A stretch of 64,000 bases of DNA from Trichoplax adhaerens. Taxonomy: Eukaryota > Animalia > Placozoa. Both the position numbers and the translations under genes were made by a program. A model generated the notes under the pieces. That model did not search any database and was not told the origin of the DNA. It saw nothing but the letters and a program-made list of their open reading frames with translations. Shown one piece after another: positions 24,435 to 37,263 of this stretch. The DNA is taken from assembly GCF_000150275.1 (NCBI RefSeq), contig NW_002060947.1:6215648-6279647 (forward strand). Direction: 5' to 3'. Numbering within the stretch: the first letter of the stretch is position 1; every line of letters starts with the position of its first letter.

Positions 24435-27400
24435 ATGATTTCGTTACTAAGATCAAGGAGTTGCAATTTGGTAAAAATGCACATTTGCAAAAGATCAAGC
24501 TCACTTATAAACCAATATAAGTTACCATTTCTTCCAAAGGTATGCTATTCGGTGCAAGTTAAAAATGATTTAAAACAAAAATGCGTCAATTTAACTTGGG
24601 AGGATGGTGTAACGACACGATATCCTCATCTATATTTACGAGATCACTGTCGCTGTTCAGCATGCTACGATTCTATCTCAGAACAACGTTTCTTATTCAA
24701 TTGTATCTATGACAATTACAAAGACAAGATTGCCAAAGAGGTTCGCATCTGTGATAAGGGTGAAAGGCTACAAATTGATTGGTATGAGGATGAAAAGCAT
24801 CCTTATTCTGAATTTAAATTAGATTGGCTCAGGAAATATCGCTTCTCGACGGAAGAAGATGAAATGGTAGCTAGCAATATCTACCATCGTGATCGGCAAA
24901 TATGGGGTAGCGAGATGCTAAATAAGATACCCCGATACGATTTCTATGCATTATTGCAAGATAAATTGGAATTATATCGATGGTTACGCTCTCTAATTAA
25001 GATTGGAATTACTATCCTTGACAATGTACCCGAAAAGCCAGGTCAAATGCATAAACTTGCCGATCGAGTTTCGTTTCTAAAATTAACCACATACGGGTAA
25101 GATTGATTTGTATTTTGCTTTCTACTTTGCCTATCTCCATGAGATAATGACAACTGGATGGACTTATATAGACTGCTAATATACTTGCCAACAATTTACC
25201 GTGCTATTACAAATCGAGACTTGTAATGAAGAATTAAAATGATAACTAATCACTCTGGGCTTACCGTTAGATTTGTTCTCCCAGATATCTGCCTACGCTA
25301 CTACTATAAATACTGACGATTCTTCCATCGTCAGTAGGCCACAGTAAATCACTCGTGTGTCGTAAACAAAAATTGAATCCGCGCTTTAAAGAGTTAGACA
25401 ATTTATAGAACAGTTACAAAATCGTTAATTTTATTATTAGCACAAAGATGATATTATAAAACTGTATATAACGTCATAGTGTAATGAAATGAAAAGTGTA
25501 GAGATCAAGCTACAAAACTTTAACAAACATTGATTCTACTTTCGTTGCACTCCGGTCGACTTAACGAAACTTTGATACTAAATAAAATTTGGGAAAATAA
25601 TCGAACAACAATTTATTACAAAACAAGAATGGAGAGAAGTGTAAACCGAACAACCTTACAAATACTTAGCTTTAAGTATTAATAAAATAAGTGACAGACT
25701 TTAAAAACTGTAAACGACCAAACAACCTTTCAAAAACAAGAACGTTTTAATTTGCGACAATTCGACCCCGAAGGCCTTTTAAATTCAACAAGTTCTTCAA
25801 AAGAATCTTCTTCTACTCTCCCTCTCGAATTTTCTAATTACACTATCATTTATAGGCTTCATAGAGCCGTCAGAGGTATTTAAAACTAAATATTTACTAA
25901 CCAATCGCTCTTAAGATCCGTTTTAGAAAACTACTTTGCACCATTTAAGAAAACAAAAATCATTCAAAGTTCAGACACAATTTACCCTATGATTCCCTTA
26001 CAAAACACTGTAAAACCAACAAGTTAACTATAAAAAATGCATCAAACTTCACTTGTAACATAATTTCTATCATTCATACATTCTAAAAGTCTAAAAATCA
26101 ACCTTTAAACATCAAGATTTAGTCATAAAAATAACGGTCTAACTACTTAACAATCAACACAACCTCTGCCAATTTCCATCTTATTTTCTACTTTCCTCAC
26201 TAAACTTCGCTTTCTAATGTGACTTTCATGTCCCGTCATAAAATTCCAAAGTTTCAAATTGATATTAAAAGTTTAAATTTCAAAAATCAACTCTTACGAT
26301 ATTTTTCGTAAACAAACATCCAAAAATTAAAACAGGAAAATTATATCGGACATAAATCCGTCCGGTTTCGGAATCCGAATCCGAAAAATCCGGATTTTAT
26401 AAAGATCACAGTAATCGCTTATCAAAAAAATTTATATGACTATTACGACTACTTTTCTGATATTAGTATCGCTGAATATCGACAGTTGATGTTTTAGCGC
26501 CAGGATGTACGTTAACTGTACGATTATAGACTACATTACAGTACTTTATTGTCATGACTTTATTGTCATGTTATAAGTCCCCTTTCCCTAGAGATAGGGT
26601 TTTGTTACTAAGTCAAATTCAGTTATGATTTGAATAGACAATCAAACGCCCTTTCTTTAGATCAGGCAATTGCTCCAGGGCTACTTCTATAGTAATCTAT
26701 GTGATACCTTGTAAAGTAATGAAGAAGAAAAGATGGCGACATGATGATTTGGCAGGGTAAAATCTAAAAACACTATCACTTTCTAGGTATTTTCTATAGT
26801 AAAATAATACTAGTTACATACTAAAAGCTATAAAGGACTCTGCAGTACTTTTAGTCCTTTACTACAATAGATAGCGGTAATATCCGCAAATATTGAAAGG
26901 GCTTATCCAAGAAAGTCAGATAAGTAATCATCCAAGAAAGACACTTTGTGGATAATGTAGTATATTTAGGAATAATTCTGATGTTCTGGTAGGGTAGTAT
27001 TAAGGAGATGAAATGATTTTTAGATGAGATATCCTGCTAGTAATACTGCTACAGATACGCTAGCGGTTAGGATCTTCTGGCAATAAGTTTTGAGTCCATT
27101 CTATCAATCCGGCTAATTTAAACCCAATATTTAAAAATCTGTTAATGTAGTAAAGTGAAGTTTGTAATTGCAGGCTAAGACTAAAGCAATCCATCACCTT
27201 TGAATAAAATTAATTAAGTTATAAATGACTCAGGCTACTAGTTTTATTTATTATTTATACGAGTATCAACGTAGATAATTAATTAATTTACCGTCCTAAT
27301 TTAATTTATCAAGGCCCACATTTCAAGTTGAAAGTAGATCTGTTGCTAGTAATGTCGCATTTACCAACGCTGGTCTGGCAATGCATACCGATCTTGCATT

Positions 27401-28190
27401 TATAACCTATGTTCCTGGAGTAAGTTTTCGAAATCTAATAAATTAAATAACGAATTTTTTTCAATAAAATTTTTTGAATACAGAATGACAATAATTTTGC
27501 CATACGATAATTTTTATTTAAATAAACTAGGTACAAATGCTGCATTGCATCTCAAAGGCCGGTCAAGGCGGTGAAAGTCGATTTGTTGACGGCTTTCGAG
27601 CTGCTACTCAATTAAAGGAAAAATATCCTGAAGCATTCAATCTACTAGTTAAATATCCAATCCGATACTATGATGTCGGAAAGGATTATATTACTTTTAA
27701 TCAGTTGACACAACATCCAATTATCAGGTATAGGATATCTAAGCGTATTTTTTAATAACCAAGAAGGCAATGGATAGATTCTTATTTTAAAATATCGATA
27801 CTAAAGAGAATTTAGATCTTTGAAACTTATTTTGTATGTTGCATTAGATTACATGATAATGGAGAGCTAAAGCAAATCGTTTATGCTGACCATCCACGAA
27901 GTCCGTTAATGGGTGTTCCACAGAATAAAGTCATCGATCTTTACGATGCTATGAGTAAATTTTTAGAATGTGTTTATGATCCATCCAATATGATATATAC
28001 CTTGTTGGAATCGGGCAGCATGATGGTTCTTGATAATTTTAGAGTGATGCATGGAAGAGCCTCTTATGAAGTCAAACCAGGAAGTTGTCGGCACTTGGAA
28101 GGTGGTTACCTTGACTGGGACGAGGTCACATCACGTATGCGTGTCCTTGAACGAGAACTCAACATTGATTACACTTCAGCAATAGTTTAA
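24435..28190 (+). CDS. BBOX1: BBOX-like type C (most divergent), intact; exons 24435-25096, 27314-27419, 27531-27727, 27848-28190 (435 aa)
   Basis: LRDHCRCSAC, SNVAF, HTD, MHGR, RHLEGGYLDWD; intron positions conserved. Start taken at MISLLRS rather than the upstream TTG. Confidence 0.92.
25222..25476 (+). mobile_element. LTR-like dispersed repeat followed by about 1 kb of A-rich inserted sequence in intron 1 of type C; homolog at 61699-61972
   Basis: Both copies start TGTAAYGARGAA..ATTAAAA, carry a TATA-like box plus a CTGACGAT/ATCGTCAG hairpin, and end ATAACGTCA(TAG). Confidence 0.6.
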
Positions 28191-29690
28191 GCTAACAAGT
28201 AAAACAAATTCTAGTAAATGGCTACGATATCATTCTCAATTTCCTTTCCTTTTTAAAATTTCGATGATGCATGCGCATTATCATAGCAATATCTTCCTGA
28301 TTGCTTTAGCGTATAATTTGAGATCAATGAAAGTACAAATCGTAAATCAACTTCATACCTTGCTGGAAGTTTGGTAAACCTTTTGTCGAATAATTTTGGC
28401 ATTTTTTGTTGTATACTATGGGAAATGGTCAGCTCAACGTGTTGATCAACGTATATGTTATGTAATCTTACAAAATCTGAAAATAATGCAGTTAAAATTT
28501 CAGAATGAAATGCTTGACTTTATTTCTTTGTCGAGGTACACAATTTACGACGATTTGCTTATGAACGTATTATCATTCAGTGAACGAAATTTATGCAGCA
28601 TTTCCGTCTGGAGTTACTTTTGCAATCACTATTAACGGTCCATTATAGTCATCATCATATCCTACAGTAATGCGTTACTTCTTCATCTAAGCGTCACAAT
28701 CCTTGTATTAATTAGTCCGTAGCACAACATATCACTTATAAATAGCAACTGTTAGAGCATTAATGATGTTATGATGATCTATGTTACACATATCTATCGT
28801 TCCTAAGAATTGTTCGATTTAAATATAATATTATAATGGTCTTTCACCATTGGCTTTTAGTGGTTTGATTTTGAAAACATTTTAGAATGATACGGATATT
28901 AGTCTCAAGTTTTTAAGTTGGCAATCATTTTTTATCAATAATTAATTTATTTAACTTGAAGCATTTTACTATATTTGAAGGATAATCAAGTTATGTATTC
29001 TTTTGTCTCTGGTGGTTGATCTTAACTTATTTCTTTTTGATCTTGAAAAGCTTTTATGTGTTTCATGCGTGTCAAGTAGTAAATTACTTCATTAGCTTCA
29101 AGGTTGTATAATTTTGGCTATCGATTATACTAAAATTACCCTAATATGCGTAGGTTGATTGATAGTTTAAAATTCAATCATTAGCAGTTTAATGACGAGC
29201 ATGCAAAGACGGTAGAAAAATTAACAGAGTTTACTGATATTCGATAGAGTAGAAGTTTACATATCATTTCTGTACACCTGAAATGCTACATGCGGTTATC
29301 AATCACAACCGGTAGTTCCTTCAGTGCTCGTTAAGCCTGGGTGCATCGAGTAGTCTATGTCGTCAACATAGTTACAATATTCCATTTTTATTTCTTTAAT
29401 AATTTATCAATTTTATATCAATGTATAGTTAAACAACTGTAATTTACCCTAAAATTGAACTTTCCATTGAAAGACAATTACTTCTTATAGATGTAAAACT
29501 GTAGGAAACAACTAATGCAATCATAAGATACATAATTTACAAGATTAGTTATAAATGTATCTACGTAGCACGTAAGCTATCTCATAATGGCACTTGAGTG
29601 ACTATATGGCTTCGTATTGTCTTGAGTGGCAAATGAATAAGGACAAGTTTCGTCTTTAGCACAATCTATAGTAATAGTAGAGTTCGTCGA

Positions 29691-31218
<1,528 letters not shown>

Positions 31219-31499
31219 TATCTAAAATCCATTTCAAATGATTGAATTACAAATTGGCTCTATACCTTATCGCATCATCATCGCTAACTTACGACACTAG
31301 TAGAAGACATGGATTTTAAATTTTAAATTGTACAACCTATTGCGGTTGGATAGTGAGGAACTTGTTCTTTGCGAGCAAACCCGTCCAATTTCAAAGCTCA
31401 CCAAGATTTCCAATGTAGAAATTCTTCAAGCTGCTGCCAGGCATCAAAATGAAGTTATCACGTTTACAGGCTAGTTTTAGTACCGAATCAGTAATGCGT

Positions 31500-32965
31500 T
31501 ACTTACTGTACTCTGATTTCCCAGCTACTGTTTCACACCGTACAGTACAGCATATTCAATTCCCTTTTCAAGGCTCTACAGTCTACAGTCCTTTGCATCC
31601 AGCACCGTCCAGTACAATACTGTACCGTGGCCCAAACGGGATAGCTTTACAGCGCAGAATCAGTACAGTACAGTACAGTATACACTGTACAGTACTGTAC
31701 ACTGTACACTGTACAGTACAGTTCGTCGACGTCCGATCTGACAACGAACGTACATACCGAACGTCCAAAATCGAACGTCCGTTGGACGTCCAATCGCTCG
31801 ACGTCTACAGCACTAGATACATCAGGTGACGGTGATGAGAAAATGCCAAATTAAGGACCCTGGTACGAGCTCATGGATAAGTGTCACTTGTCTACGGTAT
31901 ATAAGATGAGTTATGTATGTCCTAGAACAGTTCTGTTACTAGCCTCTCTGTGTGTGATTCTTGTGAATAAGCCGAATAAAAATTTTGATACTTTTCAAAG
32001 TGTAAAGACGAATCACTGAGTTTCCATTCATTAAGGAAAACAGTACTTTGCTGTACTGTACTGTGCTGTTGTACAATGTACAGTACAGTACTGTACATAG
32101 TCTAGTACAGTACAGTACATACTGTACTGTACTGTACGGTCCTACCATTTTTACTACAGTACTACACTGTACTGTACACTGTACAATATGTAACATAATG
32201 AATTATCATATCAAACGTACTGTATAGCTCTGAACCTAGTCACACATACATTCACTAACAGTGTACGAAGAATTAGAAGGAAAGTGTACAGTAGATGAAT
32301 AAATAAATGCCTCTGTATATGCTGAGTACGCTCAGTCTGCTGTATACTTCAACCTCAACTTTCCTCTGAGTCTTCTTTTGCTTTTTCTATCTCTAAGCTA
32401 TCTTCACATGATTGGCAAATTACCGCTTTTTGTGTCACACACTGCTCATGTACAGTACACTGTACACTGTACAGTGTACAGTACAGTAAAGCCAGCTTCA
32501 GATACTAGTACTGTACTGTACATATTAATATACAGTACTGTACTGTACAGTATCTCATCCTCTACTTACAGTACAGTACAGGACAGGACAGTACTGTACA
32601 GTATAGGAAGCATCCTATGCCAGTTTACCATCCGGTAACATTATACAGAACAACTAACTACAGCTGTAACTACAGACAATGCTGTACACAGTGTAGCCTA
32701 CAGTACTCACTACTCCGTCTTAGGAAAAGTACTGTGCACTGTACACTGTACCGTGGACACTCGGCTACTCCACTGCTTTTTTCATAGTTCTCATAGTAAA
32801 TATTGAATTGAGTGTATCCCTGCCACAAGCTGGTCTCTAACTCTATACAAAACATGTTATATATATTTAATTTTAGTTGAGTCATACTCGCCATGTTGTT
32901 ACTTAGCACTTTTGAACTGTTTGCACTCGCAGATACGCCTGTGCCTTGTGGTACTACTGTACTCT
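31500..32965. promoter_or_regulatory. Divergent RBX1/glutaredoxin promoter region with several TACAGTA/TACTGTA/TACACTGTA arrays
   Basis: Dense arrays at about 31660-31722, 32040-32186, 32448-32605 and 32680-32755 between two head-to-head ATGs. Confidence 0.65.
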
Positions 32966-33193
32966 AATCGAATGAGTTAGTAGAGTACGCACCAAAGTCC
33001 CTAACTGGCTGTAACTTCTTGAAATCTTGGCAATCACACCGGCCTTCATTTGTTAAATCTCTTCCATACAGAGCTAGAACAAGAACACAATATACAGTAA
33101 CACTGTGCCCATTAGAGAATTTCATTTTTGAAGCAATAATAAATACAAGTGAATTGAGTTGATATCATACCAAGCACAAAACATTCAGCAATC

Positions 33194-33993
33194 ATGTCAG
33201 GCAGCCCCGCAATGAAATTAGTCCAAAGCCTAGTAGAAAGGAGAGGAATACTTATGTTTTCTAAAACCTATTGCGGTTTTTGTACAAAGGTCAAGAGGAT
33301 CTTTCAAAACATTGGCGTGCATGATGCGGAAATTCTAGAATTAGACGAGCGAGATGATGGAGACGAAATTCAAGTAGGAGCTTGAGCCAATTAAACAACT
33401 TGAATAGACTGTATATCAATATTCTGTTAGGGTTAGGCTTAGGGTAGTGTAGGTGTACTAGGTATACTGTACGCATGTTACGATGTATTGTATCAGCAAT
33501 TAGCAAATCATACTATCCTTCATGTTAATCCAGAATTATTTTGCAACATAAAAGTCCATGATCATGACTGACAGCTACGATACTCTATTCACTGCTTAGA
33601 TAAACTTGCTCATTATAGTGGTTGTGGTCGTAAAGTAGTTTCATAACGATTGATACCACCGCTATTACTACAAAACTGTACTAAGTTCAAATTACCGCTT
33701 GCATACAATTAAACTCCAATTCAATTGTGTAATAATTAAAGTGCGTTGCCAAAAATATGTTCAACGTAAAATACCGTCGATAGACCAGTGCATTCGCGTA
33801 CACACTCCAGATGCTCTTGTTTAAAATGGTCTTGATTGGATATTTTTTCTAGAGCGCTCTATTGCAATTAACAAAACAGCGGACGGTGCCTAATATCTTC
33901 ATTGGTGGAAAACACATCGGTGGTTGTTCCGATATTGAGAAGATGCATGCAAATGGCAAGTTGATTTCGTTAATTCAAGCTGCTAGAAGTTAA
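33194..33993 (+). CDS. Dithiol glutaredoxin (GLRX2-like), CGFC active site; exons 33194-33373, 33853-33993 (106 aa)
   Basis: FSKTYCGFC, ELDERDDG.EIQ|SAL..LT.QRTVPNIFIGGKHIGGCSD. Confidence 0.93.
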
Positions 33994-34880
33994 GTGGATG
34001 AAAAGATCTCGAAAGGACTACGGCATTTTTCTTGAGTTATTGCAACTGTCATTCATTGGTGTATTCCAGATTATACATGATAATAGTGCAATGAAACTCG
34101 GTTCAATGACACGGAGCTTTTTATTAGTTGTTTTATGCATTACCCATGCTACACCTGTTCGAGGTCTGGACTAATAAGTATTATTTCTTAGTAGAAGACT
34201 GTGACGTGTTCTTAAGTTGTAAATTGTAGTGCTTTAATTTAAGGAATTTTGCAAATACTAATCAATACACATACGCGTGCCTTCATCCAGCGAACTAACG
34301 ATCTGAAATAATGATCTTGTGTAATACCTATGAACATCTCATTAGTAAACATGGCAACTAAGAAATTTTCGGATTGCCACCTAGCGATACCATTTTAAAT
34401 TGATCTATCGTCGCTATTTTATTGTTACTTAGCCTAAGCAATACATGATGGCAGGCATGTCAGCGTGATAATCTATTGCGGTCTTTTGCTATTTAATGGC
34501 TACTGTTGACAATAAATATAATACATTCTTATATTTTGGTGTGATGTACCCTGTAAATGACTGATGCATTATTGATCTTGCAGCAATTTACGACCTTAAA
34601 GATGCAAGCTATCTCTAAATAGAATGATGCTGAAGTAGGCATGTAAATTTTATAGCGTACGAATGTTTTGTACGCTTTTGGAATGCAACCAGTATATCAG
34701 TTTAATAAAGTGTAAGAAGTTAGGACAAGGTACCATCTCATTCTTAGAGTTTAACTAAACTCGTAGTAACTGTAGTTATTGAATAGCAGTTGGAACCTAT
34801 AGTCATTTACAAATTGCTGACGATTTTCGAGTCATGCAACTAAGCAAAATAGTAAATGTAAATTCAGAGATGTAGTTAGC

Positions 34881-35747
34881 CTACAGCTTAATACCATATT
34901 CCTTTAACATATACTGTAAAAGTAGGTCATCTTGCTCTGCTTCAGTGAGATCTCCATGGTAACCCTAAAGTAAAAGAGCACGTCAATAATTATAATAATT
35001 GAGACGTAAGGCAATTTTTGAAAAATCTGTGCTGCTTTCTAACATATAAATATACAATAATGATCTACTACGCATTACGAATTTACGTACTAGCTTTCTG
35101 ATTCTGTCTTGATATATATGATACAATATAATTGCTGCAGCAACGGAAACATTATAACTCTCTACGAAACCAACCATACTGATGCGAAAGACGTTGTCGA
35201 CTAAATTCATTGCTTCTTTAGAGATACCTTCCTGCTCTGAGCCAAGTACAACGGCTGTTTTATTAGAAAAGTCGAAAGAATCCAAAGTTTTCGTTTTATT
35301 TTCAGAGCTTGTTGCAAGAATTTTGTAGCCACATGACTTCAGTTGAGAGATACATTCTTCAGTTGATTTCCAAGACTCAATATCAATCCATTTCATTGCT
35401 CCTGCATCAGTCCTTCCGCATGTCTTCAATCGGTATAAAGGGCTGGGTATTCTATGTGCAGTTTGAAAACCTAAAGCATCCATTGTTCTGTATATAGCTT
35501 GTTCGTTACCTTCATTTGTAATCCCTTCCAAGACAACAGCAATACTTCTTGTTCTATTTTTTACAGCATTTGTCATTTTATCAAGTCTTTCTTTCGTGAA
35601 AGCACAAGTAAGTTTCTGTAATAACTCTTTATTGTAAGATGCATTATTAGCCAGTGTGCCAAATTCCTTAATTGGAGATTTAGAAGTTACAACAGTCAGC
35701 ATATCTTTGGCCTTCGTATATCGCCTCCATAGGCTAAAATAACTCAT
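34881..35747 (-). CDS. SpoU/TrmH-family (SPOUT) tRNA/rRNA 2'-O-methyltransferase; exons 35747-35091, 34964-34881 (246 aa)
   Basis: Motif 1 VVLEG..N.GN..AIYRT.DALG, motif 2 VLGSEQEGIS, motif 3 ISMVGFVESYNVSVAAAIILY; second exon GYHGDLTEAEQDDLLLQYMLKEYGIKL*. Confidence 0.9.
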
Positions 35748-37035
35748 ATTTTCGTTGGGACTGCAAGGTATCCTTGACTTTCTGATTATCAAATTTAAAT
35801 GCAAGTGATAAATGTATGTATACAAGCTTCGTATTGAAGCATCGTACAAAGTTTATCACCAATTTTTCTTAAAAGCCAGGTATGTAAGTCCAATCAACAA
35901 GTGCTATATGCGAGATTTACAATTCAGTTATTAGTACCTAAAGAGTATTAATACATCGAAAGAAAGCATTAAGCTTTACACAATTCCTCGTTCCATTTTG
36001 CATTGTTTATTAAAGAATAGGCTAAATAAAAATTTTTTTTATCTTAATGTAACATAAGAATTGCAATTCCACCAATTATAGTGTAAAACTATACTATAAA
36101 GTGTGTAATACGATATTAATATTACGGTGATTTCGAAGCCTTTTTGGGTCTAAAATAAGCCGTCGACGAGCTAGTATAAGTGATACGAATGATCTTGAAG
36201 GATCATGAGAACGTAATGAATTCACCATTATACTGTACATGTAGTATGATTACATCAATGCTATTTGGAAGGCACTGATTCAAGCAAACTCATGAAGATG
36301 CAAAGCGGGACGAAGTTAGCAAATTGCAGCTCAGAATATGCAAAAGTGACATACTGTACACTACTCGTAAAACGAAGAATAGTCAAGTAAAATATTTATG
36401 CTATCATCAATCATGGAGTACCGACTAAAGAAAGAAATTTTCATATTTATTACTTGTTGTGGAGTGGTTTGAATGCTCCGTTGCTGTTTTTCACTTTAAA
36501 GAGCACACTGCGTTGCAGCTGGAGAGTAGTAAATACAGAGAAGAAATTGCAGCGGTCATTCCATTCGTTCATTCCAATTTAATGAATGCTGGTGCATTCT
36601 GCGTTTGTGCCTCGCTAGTATGCGTAACCGTAAGGGTACTGTACTACTGTATGGGTACTATACCATGGACTACTCGACATACCCTTGCATCAGGAGCAAC
36701 TAACAGTCCATGATTATACTAGTGTAAACAACTAAAAATGATGCAGTTCTGTTGATAGATGATTTGATCGTAATAAATTGACAATTTTCGACATTGTGTT
36801 ACTAACTTAATTCTACAATAATCAAAGCTTAAATTATTTATAAATAATACGCGTGCATGCAGTATCAAGTCACATGAATAGAGTCCAAAGTTACACTGAT
36901 AATTAATTTAAATTATAACGAGTGTACCCTTACGTAATACCGTACGCTGACCTTTAACGTGTAACGCTTACTATTCTACGTATGTTCGCATTTTGATTAA
37001 TAACATGCAGTAGTCTTACCTTACATTCAGAGTTG

Positions 37036-37263
37036 TTAGAAGTTAAATACTTCGTTGTAAACAATATTTGATTGTTTTCTCTTGTATACTGTAATTCTAC
37101 GGGGGCCTGCACGAACTCGTGATAAAGCTATATACAGCTGACCATGCGAAAATATTGGAGTTTTGAAGTGTAAACCAATTTTTGTCAAGGTTTGACATTG
37201 TGATTTGTTGATCGTTATGGCAAAAGCCAGTCCGATCGGGAGCTGTAGCCTACTCATTCGAAA
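37036..37263 (-). mobile_element. Helitron RepHel relic (PIF1-like helicase C-terminus)
   Basis: RLQLPIGLAFAITINKSQCQTL...FSHGQLYIALSRV...NIVYNEVF covers helicase motifs V/VI plus the Helitron-type tail; 5' truncated. Confidence 0.85.

Noticed and set aside
28580-29370. Exon-like minus-strand pieces between BBOX type C and RBX1
   Set aside because: Multiple stops in all frames and no identifiable product.
31449-32909. ORFs rich in STVQY/TVLYC (31449, 31583, 31939, 32378, 32670; also 42386, 42441, 42613, 62706, 63172)
   Set aside because: They are translations of the TACAGTA/TACTGTA arrays, which are stop-poor in several frames; no protein-family signal.
35748-35849. Upstream extension and read-through C-terminus of the TrmH ORF
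   Set aside because: The start is non-ATG. The C-terminal VRKFV... reads into an intron, and a better spliced last exon exists at 34964-34881.
36150-36176. gccgtcgacgagCTAGT as a Helitron 3' end
   Set aside because: It is on the opposite strand to the helicase relic and the hairpin is weak.
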